DNA from: an uncultured delta proteobacterium
Lineage (GTDB): Bacteria > Desulfobacterota > Binatia > UBA9968
Reading direction: 5' to 3'
Assembly (NCBI GenBank): GCA_963745035.1
Contig: CAVUVW010000014.1
Location: 608,001 to 672,000 of the forward strand
Length of the DNA stretch: 64,000 nt
Below the pieces are notes generated by a model. It saw only the letters and a list, made by a program, of their open reading frames with translations. It was not told the origin of the DNA and ran no database searches. A program made the translations under genes and the position numbers. Shown here one piece after another: positions 18,481 to 29,470 of this stretch (the first letter of the stretch is position 1; each line of letters starts with the position of its first letter).

Positions 18481-19698
18481 ATGCATCGGTCGCGACAACT
18501 CCGGCACATCGCGTGTGTGCTCCCGATACTTGTAATCGTGATGATGGGGGCGGCGCCCGATCTGGGGCCGCTCCGAGCCGAGCCGGAATCTCTCGAACAA
18601 GCGAAGCCCGAGCTGATCGAGCGAATCCGAGCCGACCAGTACGATTATTTCCGATTCGTCAACCGCTCCTGGATCGCGCGTGCCTGCGACATATTCGAGG
18701 CAGATGTGCGGGACCTGCCAGTCGTGCGGTTGCACGGCGACGCGCATGTCGAACAGTTCGCGGTAGCGCAGGATGAATGGGGGCTCGACGACTTCGACGA
18801 CTCCGCTCGAGGCCCGGCCGCTATCGATATCGTGCGGTTTCTGGGCTCCATCGATCTCGCGGTTCGTCAGCGTTCCTGGGAAAGAGATCGTGACAGGTTG
18901 TTTGATCGATTTATCGAAGGTTATAAGCGGGGTCTCACCGAGCCTAACTATCGGCCCCCTCCGCCCGACATCGTGCGTCGGCTACGCGCCCAGGCGCCAC
19001 CGACACGCGCGGCGTTCCTTGCGTGGGGCGAGACCAGGATGCAACCTCTGGCCGATGAGTCAATGAAGGCTGTCATCGCAGGGATCGAAGCGTCTGCGCA
19101 GGTCCTGCTGCGCGAGCGGCCCGATGTTGCGCCGGAGTATTTTCGTGTGGTTCGCGCCGGCTCGCTTTCAGGCGGAGTCGGCAGCGCCGTGAATCCGAAA
19201 ATCATGGTGCGCGTGCAGGGGCCGTCGGACGATCCAGCCGACGATGAGCTCCTCGAGATGAAAAAGATCGGAGATCTCAGCGGCCTACGTTGCCTTCAGA
19301 CGCCTACGGTTCAACCAACGCTGCGCATCGTCGAGGGAAGCAAAAAGATCGGTCGGCTGCAGTACAGCATACTGGCCGCTGGACCCGAGCTAGTTGTCCC
19401 TGAGGTGATGTCCCGTGGGGAGCGGTTGCAGGATTGGTGGGTCCGCAGTTTGGATCCGTCCTACCGTCAGATTCGTTTGGCCGAACTCCAGTCCGTCGCA
19501 GACCTCGCCGCCATCGTCTACGATTCCGGCGTGCAGCTCGGCGCGGCCCGCTTTCAGGGCCAGACGGTGCAGCTGAGCGAATACGACCGGAAACGCATAC
19601 TCGGCGGGACGGGCAGGCTCGAGAAACGGTATCGCGAGGAAACGTCGAAAATGGTCGGTGACCTGCTCCGCGGATGGCGTGAGCTCGGAGCACGATGA
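18481..19698 (+). CDS. DUF2252-like protein with an N-terminal hydrophobic segment
   Basis: YFRF, LHGDAHVEQF, DDFDDS, GGVGS and LLEMK motifs match the kinase-like DUF2252 pattern; start could be 18415. Confidence 0.65.
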   Translation: MHRSRQLRHIACVLPILVIVMMGAAPDLGPLRAEPESLEQAKPELIERIRADQYDYFRFVNRSWIARACDIFEADVRDLPVVRLHGDAHVEQFAVAQDEWGLDDFDDSARGPAAIDIVRFLGSIDLAVRQRSWERDRDRLFDRFIEGYKRGLTEPNYRPPPPDIVRRLRAQAPPTRAAFLAWGETRMQPLADESMKAVIAGIEASAQVLLRERPDVAPEYFRVVRAGSLSGGVGSAVNPKIMVRVQGPSDDPADDELLEMKKIGDLSGLRCLQTPTVQPTLRIVEGSKKIGRLQYSILAAGPELVVPEVMSRGERLQDWWVRSLDPSYRQIRLAELQSVADLAAIVYDSGVQLGAARFQGQTVQLSEYDRKRILGGTGRLEKRYREETSKMVGDLLRGWRELGAR

Positions 19699-19829
19699 GA
19701 GAACTATCGTGCCCAAACGTCCGGCTGGGGCAACAGACGCTGCTCTGCTTAGAGGTCAGCTTTCGGTATCAATCGCTGCGCACATTTGATTTGAGTAACG
19801 ATCAAATATGAAGCGTCTTCGGATCATGC

Positions 19830-22230
19830 TTGAAATCGTTCCTCATGTTTAACAGCCAACGCAGTTTTTTGATGCTCTCCGGTTCCTTCTCACAGCGCGC
19901 TTATGGTGCGCTGTTATTGGTGTTCGGCCTGATTGCCATCATTACGGCTTTTAGTGCAGGCGCTTGGGCGATTTCCATACTGGGCCTCATCCTGCTGCTC
20001 GCCGGCGTTGTCCAGATCGTCCACGGCCTACAAACACAATTGCCGTCTTCGACCTGGGCAACCTATCTCACGGGCGTGTTGATGATACTCGGCGGGTTAC
20101 TGCTTTTCGCCCGGCCGGTCATGGTCATTGGCGGACTGTTGGCGCTCATCGCGCTACTCATGGTGGCAGACGGCGTCGCGAAGATCGTCAGAGCATTCAA
20201 GGGTAAGGCCGGTCAAGCGCGCTGGTGGACAATTTTCAACGGCATCGTCAATTTCCTCCTCGCGTTGCTGATTTGGCGGCAGGGCGCCTCCACGGGAGCC
20301 GTTGTTCTTGGGGTCGGCCTCGGACTTTACATCATGTCTACCGGGTGGACGGCGCTCTTCGCTCCAGACGAAGGCATCGAAAACGTCGATGTCGCTCAGG
20401 CGGCCAATGAACATCCGGATGAACGACTGGGCCTGCCGCCGCACGCCGAATTCGGCCGGCTCCGTGTAGCCGCCGTCGAGCGCGAACTGGCGGCGCTGCC
20501 GATCGATACCTTCTGGATCATCGTTATGATCTTGGTGTTCTTCGCTATCCACGCCGGACGTCTGCAAGCAGATTGGACCTGGCTTGGCCTGATTTCGCCG
20601 CTGGTCGCCGTCATCGGCGATGTACTGACGGCGTTGCTTGTCGCGGTGCTTCTGCTTCCCCTCTGGCTCACGCTGCGGCGGCTTACGCGGCCCATCGAAC
20701 GGCGCGCTTGGGAACAGCGCCTCTCGGATCAGACCCAGGAGAAGAGCTTGGGTCTCGGTGAGCGCGCCGTGAATTGGTGGCTCGATAGCCGGCTGCGCTG
20801 GGGCGTGCGCTTGCGGCTCACGCGCGGTTCGTTGCGCGCCGCTGTCTCACAGTGGCTCCGCACGGGCCTACCCATCGTCGCCGTGGTCGTCGCCATCAAT
20901 CCGATCTGGGGCTTCAGCTGGTACTTCAACACCGAGAACTGGGCAAGCGCCTTCTGGGAGAAGGTCGCCGAAGCGCGCACCGACGCCTGGCGCGAGGCGA
21001 TGATCGCGGCAGTCGAGCGCGAGGTGCTGCCGACCGGCGTGGCCAAGGATTCCTTGTTCGAAGTACGGCCCGAGGGCGTCGGCGACTCCACGGATTTCAG
21101 CTTCCTCGTCATCGGCGATCCCGGCGAAGGCGATCCGTCGCAGGCGTCTTTGCGCGACCGCTATCTGGACCTTGGCCGGCGCCCGGACGTGAAGATTTTT
21201 GGTTGTATCGTCGGACGTGATTTATCCCGGCGGGGCGATGCGTGATTACGAGTTCAACTTCTATCTGCCGTTCAAAGGCTTTGCCAAGTCGATCTATGCC
21301 ATCCCCGGCAACCACGACTGGTTCGGCGCACTCGACGGTTTTGCGGCGAACTTAATGGAACCGGTCGCGGCGCAGGCGGCGATGAATGCGCGCGAGAAGT
21401 TAACCGAACTGGTTACGCCGCCTGACCGCCAGGGCGTCGTCAGCGCGATAAACGAGGCTGCGCGGTTGCGGAGTGAATATGGCATTCGAACCGCCGAGCA
21501 GCGCGCTCCGTTCTTCGAAATCCAAGGACGCGAGTTTGCCTTGATTGCCGCCGACACCGGCATTCTGCGCCGTTTCGATCCCGCGCAGTTGGCATGGTTC
21601 GAACGCGCCTTGGCGCGAGCGCAGGGCCGATTCACGATGGTCATCCTCGGCCATCCGTTCTATGCCGGGGGCGCTTACCAGGGCGTTGATGAAACTTTTG
21701 GCAGAATCCATCGTCTCCTGCGGCAATATAAGGTTCCGATCGTAATGGCGGGAGACACTCACGACTTCGAATTCTACCGGGAAGAATATAATAACGGCGA
21801 CGGTCCGCGAGTGATGCATCACTTCGTCAACGGCGGCGGCGGCGCCTATCTCAGCATTGGCACCGCGCTCGACTGGCCTTCAGCGGCGCCGGTACGGGAC
21901 TGGGCGTTTTACCCGAGCACAGAGGCCGTCCGCGCCAAGCTGGAGAGCGAGACCGGCCGGTGGAAATGGCCAGTGTGGTGGTGGATCAAGCGCTTCAAAG
22001 CCTGGCCGGCTTCGGTGGAAGCGCTGTCGGGGATGTTTGACTTCAATCATACGCCGTTTTTTCAGAGCTTCATGGAAGTTCGCGTGGAAGGCTCCGCGCG
22101 ACGGGTGCGATTGATACTGCATGGCGTCCACGGACCGCTCCAGTGGCGCGACCTGCAGATCGGCGGCGCGACTCGTCCAAAGGGAGCAAGGCCGGACGAT
22201 TTGGCCGAGTGGGTCGTGGCGATGGAGTGA
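19830..22230 (+). CDS. HdeD/DUF308 membrane domain fused to a calcineurin-like metallophosphoesterase (frameshift in T-run near 21198)
   Basis: N-terminal HdeD-like TM repeats; IGDPGEGD, SSDVIYP, PGNHDW, GHP and GDTHD metal motifs split across two frames. Confidence 0.75.
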
Positions 22231-22411
22231 ACGCTATCAGGGAATTGGACGAGGGAATTTCGAAATCCAAAATAGGGGAATTCCCGATTAGAAAAAGTCT
22301 TACGAGATTATAACTTCGCTGCAGAGAAGGATTTGCGTTGCGCGTCATTGTCGAGCAAATCCACGACGATCGATATCCAGATTTTGGCACAGTAACGAGC
22401 GGGAGGTTGAT

Positions 22412-22843
22412 ATGACAAGATTCGTTCGGGTTTTACAATTCGGTATCATGATTATCGCGTTTCAAGCCTGTAGCTCGGGCGTTTCTCAGGATACGCGCCA
22501 ATGGGCGCCGACCGCTGTGACGGACTTCAAAAGCGTCGCGGGAACCTGGGAGGGCATCTTGTCCGGAGTCGCGGGGCCGCGCGCGGATGAAGACTGGGTT
22601 CGTCTGACCATTTCGGAGACCGGCGCTTACGAATTTGCCAGCTATAGGACAATCGGCGTGTTCAGTGGGAAGGGCAAGTTCAACTTGACCGACGGAAAAC
22701 TCACGGCGCAGTCCGATAAGGGCAAAATGGCGCTCCAGCTTTTCAGAGAGCCCGCAAAGGGTGAGCATATGCTCCGAGCCGAGGCGGCAACCAGCGACGG
22801 GCAAAAGTACTTGGCGCAGCTCAACCGGCGTGGAAGCAGTTGA
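22412..22843 (+). CDS. Hypothetical lipoprotein
   Basis: GGAGG RBS; FQAC lipobox; VAGTWEG motif. Confidence 0.7.
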   Translation: MTRFVRVLQFGIMIIAFQACSSGVSQDTRQWAPTAVTDFKSVAGTWEGILSGVAGPRADEDWVRLTISETGAYEFASYRTIGVFSGKGKFNLTDGKLTAQSDKGKMALQLFREPAKGEHMLRAEAATSDGQKYLAQLNRRGSS

Positions 22844-22986
22844 AAATAACGACGGCACGATCGCTCGGAATCCCCGGTCGATTTGATCAACGATCGTAAA
22901 GCCGCGAAGGCGGCCTCCAAGACGGATGCGTCTATCTGCCCTCGAATAACAGACGCGCTCCCGTGAGATGATAGGAACCTCGCGCC

Positions 22987-24084
22987 ATGAAACTGTCGCT
23001 GCGGCCTTCAGTCAATTGGCTGTTTGTATTTGTGCCCATCACGGTCGCGCTGGAGCACATTAGAGGTCTCCCCGCTCCGCTCGTGTTTTTCGCCGCGGCG
23101 CTTGCCATCGTTCCGATTGCGAGCTTGCTCGTTCACGCGACGGAACAGCTTGCGACTCGGACCGGTGACGCGGTCGGTGGCCTGCTGAACGCGACGTTCG
23201 GCAACGCGCCCGAACTCATCATCGCCGTGGTGGCGCTGCAGGCCGGTCTGCTCGACATGGTGCGCGCTTCCCTCATCGGCGCGATCCTCGCCAACCTCCT
23301 GCTCGCGCTCGGCATCGCATTCCTGCTCGGCGGCATCCGCTTCCATGACCAACGCTACAACCCCGGCGCCGCTCGGGTCTACAGTTCGATGATGCTTATC
23401 GCCGTCATAAGCCTGGGCGTGCCGAGCGCGTTCAGCCGCTTCTTTTCGCCCGAGGAGACCATTCGCCAGGAGGTGCTGCTCAATGTTGGCCTTGCCGTGG
23501 CGCTGCTGCTCACCTATGCGCTGTATCTCGTGTTCATGCTCAAGACGCATCCAGGCGCGTTTGCGACAGAGGGCGGCCACGAAGCGAACGCCGAAGAGGG
23601 CGCGCGCTGGAGTCTCCCGCGCGCAATCGGGAGCCTCGTGGCCGCTTCCGTGCTTGCGGCGTGGATGAGCGAGATCCTCGTCGGCGCGGCCGAGGGCACC
23701 GGCCGGGCGCTCGGCATGTCGCAGGTCTTTATCGGCATCGTGTTTCTCGCCATCGTCGGCGGCGCCGCCGAGAGCGGCTCGGCGATCGCGACAGCGCGGA
23801 AAAATAAGATGGACCTCGCGGTGGGGATTGCGCTCGGGAGTTGCATCCAGATCGCGCTCTTTGTGGCTCCGGTACTGGTCTTGGCGAGTTACTTCATTGC
23901 ACCAGCGCCGTTCGAACTCTCATTTAGCCGCGCGGAAGTCGGCTCGCTGTTCCTCGCCGTATTGATCGGTACCCTGGTTTGCGGCGACGGTCAGTCCAAC
24001 TGGTTCAAGGGCGTGCAGCTCACCACGGTGTACTTAATCATGGCGTTGTTATTTTACTTTATGCCTGAGGTGACGCCGGGATGA
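22987..24084 (+). CDS. Ca2+/H+ antiporter (CAX/YfkE-like)
   Basis: GGLLNATFGNAPE, IVGGAAE and GSCIQIALFVAP alpha-repeat motifs. Confidence 0.92.
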   Translation: MKLSLRPSVNWLFVFVPITVALEHIRGLPAPLVFFAAALAIVPIASLLVHATEQLATRTGDAVGGLLNATFGNAPELIIAVVALQAGLLDMVRASLIGAILANLLLALGIAFLLGGIRFHDQRYNPGAARVYSSMMLIAVISLGVPSAFSRFFSPEETIRQEVLLNVGLAVALLLTYALYLVFMLKTHPGAFATEGGHEANAEEGARWSLPRAIGSLVAASVLAAWMSEILVGAAEGTGRALGMSQVFIGIVFLAIVGGAAESGSAIATARKNKMDLAVGIALGSCIQIALFVAPVLVLASYFIAPAPFELSFSRAEVGSLFLAVLIGTLVCGDGQSNWFKGVQLTTVYLIMALLFYFMPEVTPG

Positions 24085-24764
24085 ACAGAGCCAGCGAGGT
24101 CGGAGCCGCCAGTCCACGCACGCTCGGAAACGCGTACCTCTGCCGGCGTTACGAGATCTTGTTTTACACCCTCATCCTTACAATGGTGGCGGCTCCGCTT
24201 GTAGCCGCTTTAGAGTTGAACGGAGCGCTGCTCGAGTTCCTGCTAGCCGCCAATCTGCTCGCGGCGGTGATGCCGGTTAGCACCGGCAGAGGTCGCCGCG
24301 TCTTGCTGGCCATTGTAGCCGTGCTATGGCTGGCGCGTGCGGCGACCGCTTGGTTGGGTCATCCGGCAGTCTCGGCTCTGACACTTGGACTGTGGACACT
24401 GCTCGCGATGTTCGCAGCAGGCGGCGCTTTACGTTTTGCAATGCGAGCCACAACGGTAGATGCGGAGCATCTGTACGCGGCGCTTAGCGCCTATCTGCTC
24501 GCGGGAATTTTCTTCGGCATTTTCTATTGGGTTATTGAGCGCGCCGGACCGGGCACATTCGCCGCCCCCGCTGAGTTCTCGCGCATGAGCGCGATCTATT
24601 TTAGTTTCGTCACGTTGGCGACTCTTGGCTACGGCGATATCGTCCCGCGCACAGATGTGGCGCGCGGTCTCGCAATCGTCGAGGGAGTCGGCGGGCAGCT
24701 TTTCCTGGCCGTCTTGATTGCACGTTTGGTCAGCCTTTATGGTCGCGGCAAAGAAACCAACTAG
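24081..24764 (+). CDS. Potassium channel family protein
   Basis: YFSFVTLATLGYGDIVP selectivity filter. Confidence 0.9.
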   Translation: MNRASEVGAASPRTLGNAYLCRRYEILFYTLILTMVAAPLVAALELNGALLEFLLAANLLAAVMPVSTGRGRRVLLAIVAVLWLARAATAWLGHPAVSALTLGLWTLLAMFAAGGALRFAMRATTVDAEHLYAALSAYLLAGIFFGIFYWVIERAGPGTFAAPAEFSRMSAIYFSFVTLATLGYGDIVPRTDVARGLAIVEGVGGQLFLAVLIARLVSLYGRGKETN

Positions 24765-24935
24765 ATCGTCGCCCCTCGCCAGAAAAGACTCCAAAACGCA
24801 CGGTCCAAGAGTTTGCGCCGGTGCGGCTGGCGTACTGCCCCATGTCGCAAACGGTATCGTCGAAAATTGTTCAAACAAGATCTGCATTAAGGATAGGGAG
24901 TCTGGGACGAGGACCAGACAGAAAGAGGTGAAGCG

Positions 24936-25847
24936 GTGGACGACAAAAAAATGAAAAATTTCATCAAGGCGGCGCGCAAAATCGCGAAGCCTTTCCGCGT
25001 CACGAACGACCGCTTTCGTCTGAAGGACTTTGACCCAGACGACACGCTGGGATTTGACTCTGAAGACAAACCGCGCGCCAAGGAAGCGCTTGCCATGGGC
25101 GTCGATCTCCTGGCGGAGATGCAAGATATGCTCTACGCTCAGGACCGTTGGGCCGTACTGCTCATCTTTCAGGCCATGGACGCCGCCGGAAAGGACGGCG
25201 CCATCAAGCATGTCATGTCCGGTATCAATCCGCAGGGCTGCCAGGTCTTTTCATTCAAGGCGCCGACCAGCGAAGATCTCGATCACGATTATCTTTGGCG
25301 GTGCATCAAATGTCTGCCCGAGCGCGGCCGCATTGGCATCTTTAATCGCAGCTATTATGAAGAGACGCTGGTGGTGCGGGTACATCGGGACTTCTTGGAG
25401 AAGCAGAAGCTGCCGGCTGAACTGATCACCAAGGACATCTGGAAGGAGCGTTTTCAAGACATCCGCAGCTTCGAGAGCTACCTGGCGCGCAACGGCGTTG
25501 CCATTCGCAAATTTTTTCTCCACGTCTCGAAGAAGGAGCAGAAGAAACGCTTCCTCGGGCGCATCGAGGAGCCCGAGAAGAACTGGAAGTTTTCGGCCAA
25601 TGACGCCAAGGAGCGCGAATACTGGGACGACTACATGGAAGCATACGAAGACATGATTCAGAACACCGCCACCAAAGCGGCGCCCTGGTACGTCGTGCCC
25701 GCGAATAACAAGTGGTTTACGCGCGTGGTCGTCGCCGCTGCGGTGATCGATGCGCTGGACGATTTGAACCTGCATTATCCCAAAGTGGACGATGCAAAAT
25801 TAAAAGAGCTGGCGGCGGCGAAGCGCGCGTTGCAAGCCGGAAAATGA
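24936..25847 (+). CDS. ppk2: Polyphosphate kinase 2 (class III-like)
   Basis: QAMDAAGKDG Walker A, FNRSYYEE, KNWKFS, PWYVVPANNKW. Confidence 0.93.
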   Translation: MDDKKMKNFIKAARKIAKPFRVTNDRFRLKDFDPDDTLGFDSEDKPRAKEALAMGVDLLAEMQDMLYAQDRWAVLLIFQAMDAAGKDGAIKHVMSGINPQGCQVFSFKAPTSEDLDHDYLWRCIKCLPERGRIGIFNRSYYEETLVVRVHRDFLEKQKLPAELITKDIWKERFQDIRSFESYLARNGVAIRKFFLHVSKKEQKKRFLGRIEEPEKNWKFSANDAKEREYWDDYMEAYEDMIQNTATKAAPWYVVPANNKWFTRVVVAAAVIDALDDLNLHYPKVDDAKLKELAAAKRALQAGK

Positions 25848-25854
25848 TGGCAAA

Positions 25855-27114
25855 ATGTTTGATCTGGATTTGGCGCTCCGGTTCGGTGCCGCCCTCGGTC
25901 TCGGCTTATTGCTCGGCCTGGAGCGCGAGCGAAAGCGCGATGCCGAAGCCGAACTATTGTTCGGTGGGATCAGGACTTTCGCGCTGATCGCTTTATTGGG
26001 TGCCCTTGGTGCTTTCATGGAACGCGAGTTGAACCAAGGCTGGCTTGGTCTCGCCGCCTTCATTGCATTAAGCGCTCTGGTGATCGTCTCCTATGCGACG
26101 ACGGCGGCGCGCGGCGAACTGGGAATTACCACTGAAGTCACCGCACTGCTCGCTTTCATTGTCGGCGCGTTGTGCGGCTGGCGGCACGTGGGGGTAGCCA
26201 GCGTCGCAACCGTGGTTTGCCTGCTGCTTCTCACCCTGAAGGATTTCTTGCACAGTCTGGCGCGGCGGGTGGAGGTCGCGGACGTCGAAGCGACGCTTAC
26301 CTTTGCCGTCATCAGCGTGATTATCCTGCCGCTGCTTCCCAATCAGAATTTTGGGCCGCCGCCTTTGGACGTAATCAATCCTTACAAAATCTGGTTGATG
26401 GTGGTGCTGATCGCCGGGCTGAATTTTTTGGGTTATCTGCTGGTGAAAGTTCTCGGCAATGAACACGGCTTTCTTCTTACCGGCGTCCTCGGCGGTCTCG
26501 TGTCGAGCACGGCCGTCACCTTGAGTTTTTCTCAACGCAGCCGTCAGGAACCTGCCATGTCGTCGGCGTTTGTCCTGGCGATCGTGGTCGCGTGGACGAT
26601 TATGTTTCTTCGAGTCCTAGTCATGGTGGGGGTGGTCAATAGGGCATTGGCAGCAAGCCTCGCCTTGGCGCTCGGATGCATGGCGGCGGTGGGACTGATT
26701 GTTTCCCTTGTTCTTTGGCGGCGCGCAAGAACACACGAGAAGGGAGTGGTGGCTGCGGGTGCAAACCCATTTGAGCTCAGCGAAGCGATTAAGTTTGGCT
26801 TGCTGTTCGGTATTGTCACGGTCGTAGCCAAAGCCGCGCAGACCTACTTCGGGGCAGCGGGACTTTATCTCGCCGGCGCACTTGCCGGACTCACCGACGT
26901 GGATGCCATTTCGCTGTCCATGGCTAATCTCGCTACAACCAATCCGGACAGCCTGGCAGTCGCGGCTCGTACCATTGTCATAGCCATTCTTGCGAATACG
27001 CTGGTGAAGGCCGGAATGGCCGTGTTTATGGGGGCTCCCCCGCTGCGCCGCACCGTCCTCTTGGCCACGGTTCTATTACTGATCGCGGGAACGGCCGGAA
27101 GCTGGCTCGCATGA
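25855..27114 (+). CDS. MgtC/SapB plus DUF4010 membrane protein
   Basis: GLERE, GGIRTF, GITTEV, GGLVSSTAVT, GLTDVDAI. Confidence 0.88.
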   Translation: MFDLDLALRFGAALGLGLLLGLERERKRDAEAELLFGGIRTFALIALLGALGAFMERELNQGWLGLAAFIALSALVIVSYATTAARGELGITTEVTALLAFIVGALCGWRHVGVASVATVVCLLLLTLKDFLHSLARRVEVADVEATLTFAVISVIILPLLPNQNFGPPPLDVINPYKIWLMVVLIAGLNFLGYLLVKVLGNEHGFLLTGVLGGLVSSTAVTLSFSQRSRQEPAMSSAFVLAIVVAWTIMFLRVLVMVGVVNRALAASLALALGCMAAVGLIVSLVLWRRARTHEKGVVAAGANPFELSEAIKFGLLFGIVTVVAKAAQTYFGAAGLYLAGALAGLTDVDAISLSMANLATTNPDSLAVAARTIVIAILANTLVKAGMAVFMGAPPLRRTVLLATVLLLIAGTAGSWLA

Positions 27115-27275
27115 CCCATTGCATTGACCGGCGGAAAGACGGAAACGACAGTGCCGGAACCAGTTGTTTGAAAGAATCGCATGAACGAAGGAACAAGCGC
27201 GACGATGCAAGACCGGACCGTGCGCCTGGCGCGGCGCTTGGCGCTGTGTGAATTTTAGCGAAGCGAACGGGGAGC

Positions 27276-28961
27276 ATGAATCACTATCCGACAGCTACAA
27301 AGGAAAACCAGTCCGCTACTGCCCCGCTGCGCTTCGACATAGTCGCCGGCCTGACAGCGGCGGCGGTGGTGCTGCCAAAGGCGATGGCCTATGCGACGGT
27401 TGCCGGCTTGCCCGTTGCGGTCGGCCTGTATACGGCGTTCGTACCCATGGTGATCTACGCACTGCTCGGTTCGTCGCGGGTACTAAGCGTGAGCTCCACC
27501 ACCACGCTTGCCATCCTAGCAGGCACGCAGCTCGGTCTTGCCGTGCCGGATGGCGATCCTGGGAAGCTCGTGACGGCGACAACTACGCTGACCCTATTGG
27601 TTGGCGCGATGCTGCTCCTGGCGCGGGTGATGCGTCTAGGATTTGCCGCCAACTTTATTTCCGTGCCGGTGCTGACGGGCTTCAAAGCGGGAATTGGGCT
27701 TGTAATCGTGCTGGATCAGATGCCGAAGCTCCTAGGAATTCATATCGAGAAGCAAGGCTTCTTCCGCGATCTTCTCAGCGTCGCGGGTCATGTGCCGGAG
27801 ACTTCGATGTTGACGCTTGCCATCGCCGCCGCGACGCTGCTCGTGCTAATCGGAATGGAGCGACTCATACCGCATTCTCCGGCTCCGCTGGTCGCGATTG
27901 GCGGCGGTATTGCTGCGGCATGGCTCTTCGGGCTACAGGCACTCGGGGTCTCAACGGTCGGCTCGATCCCGCAGGGCTTTCCTGCGCTGACGCTGCCGGA
28001 CCTCGCGCTGGTCGAGGCAATGGTGCCGGGCGCGCTCGGAATGGCCCTGATGAGTTTCACGGAAACGATTGCGGCGGGTCGTGCGTTTGCGCGACCTGAC
28101 GATCCGCCCATCGATGCCAACCGCGAGCTAGTCGCCACCGGAGCAGCCAATCTCGGCGGCGCGCTATTCGGCGCAATGCCCGCCGGCGGCGGCACCTCGC
28201 AGACCGCGGTCGTCCGCGCTGCGGGAGGTCGGTCGCAGAAAGCGTCGCTGGTCACCGCGGGCACGGCGGCGGCGACAATGCTGTTGCTCGCGCCGTTGCT
28301 GGCCTTGCTGCCCAATGCCACGCTGGCGGCGGTGGTCATCGTGTACTCGGTCGGATTGATCCAGCCGTTGGAATTTCTTGCCATTCGCAAAGTGCGGACA
28401 ATGGAATTTCGGTGGGCGCTCATCGCCGCGCTAGGGGTACTGCTGTTCGGGACGCTCAAGGGCATCGTGGTGGCGATCATCGCGTCCCTGATCGGCCTTG
28501 CCAGCCAGGTCGCCTACCCGCGCGTGTCCATCATTGGGCGCAAGCGCGGAGCCGATGTGCTGCGACCGCTCTCGCCCGAGCATCCGGACGACGAGACCTT
28601 CGATGGCCTGTTGATCGTACGCCCCGAGGGACGTCTTTTCTTTGTAAATGCGCAGTATGTGGCGGAGCAGATCGGCGCGTTGATCGCGCAGCACAAGCCG
28701 CGTGTACTGGTGGTGGACATGAGCCGGGTTCCCGATATCGAGTACTCGGCGCTGCAAATGTTGATCGAGAGCGACAAGCGCTCCACCGAGCGCGGCGCCG
28801 TTGCGTGGCTTGTCGGCTTGAATCCCGGCGCGCTGGAGGTCGTGCGCAATGCTGGGCTAGACGAGCGACTCGGGCGTGAGCGGATGCTGTTTAACACCCG
28901 CGTCGCGATCGAACGCTACCAGGCGCTGCAGCGGAAGCCGGGCGCGCCCGAAGCTGACTAA
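27276..28961 (+). CDS. SulP/SLC26 anion transporter with STAS domain
   Basis: PKAMAYATVAGLP..GLY, GSSR, DANRELVATG; C-terminal LFFVNA STAS domain. Confidence 0.92.
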   Translation: MNHYPTATKENQSATAPLRFDIVAGLTAAAVVLPKAMAYATVAGLPVAVGLYTAFVPMVIYALLGSSRVLSVSSTTTLAILAGTQLGLAVPDGDPGKLVTATTTLTLLVGAMLLLARVMRLGFAANFISVPVLTGFKAGIGLVIVLDQMPKLLGIHIEKQGFFRDLLSVAGHVPETSMLTLAIAAATLLVLIGMERLIPHSPAPLVAIGGGIAAAWLFGLQALGVSTVGSIPQGFPALTLPDLALVEAMVPGALGMALMSFTETIAAGRAFARPDDPPIDANRELVATGAANLGGALFGAMPAGGGTSQTAVVRAAGGRSQKASLVTAGTAAATMLLLAPLLALLPNATLAAVVIVYSVGLIQPLEFLAIRKVRTMEFRWALIAALGVLLFGTLKGIVVAIIASLIGLASQVAYPRVSIIGRKRGADVLRPLSPEHPDDETFDGLLIVRPEGRLFFVNAQYVAEQIGALIAQHKPRVLVVDMSRVPDIEYSALQMLIESDKRSTERGAVAWLVGLNPGALEVVRNAGLDERLGRERMLFNTRVAIERYQALQRKPGAPEAD

Positions 28962-28986
28962 GAATGGCGGACAGCACGTGAAGTCG

Positions 28987-29393
28987 ATGGCGATTAGACA
29001 GAACGACAACGAGAAGCGCCAAGCTCATCAAGTACTGGCTGGAAGTCAGCCACGAGGAACAAAAGCGCCGTTTCGAAGCGCGTATCGTCGATCCGCTGCG
29101 GCAGGGGAAGCTGAGTCCCACGGATCTGCCGTCGCGCAGCCGCTGGTACGACTATTCGCGGGCGCGCGACATCATGGCTCGAGGCCACCGATACGAAAAT
29201 TGCGTCGTGGTACATCCTGCGTTCGGACGACAAACGCCGCGCGCGCCTCAACTGCATCTCGCGTCTCCTGAGTCTCATTCCCTACGAGACGGTGCCGCGG
29301 GAAAAAGTGAAACTGCTCGAGCGCATCGAGACCGGCGCCTACGATGACCAAGCCACCTTGAGCGGCCGGAGCTTCGTCCCCGAGAAGTACTGA
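28987..29393 (+). pseudogene. Internally deleted class I PPK2 remnant
   Basis: Short N-terminus joined directly to LIKYWLEVSHEEQKRRFEARIVDPLRQGKLSPTD...WYDYSRARD...SDDKRRARLNCI...FVPEKY*; Walker A/B region absent. Confidence 0.8.
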
Positions 29394-29470
29394 GGGGAGC
29401 GCCGATATGACCGAGCAATGATTTCCGTGCCGATGCAAAATTTCGGCACGCACCACAAGGAGGAACTCTG

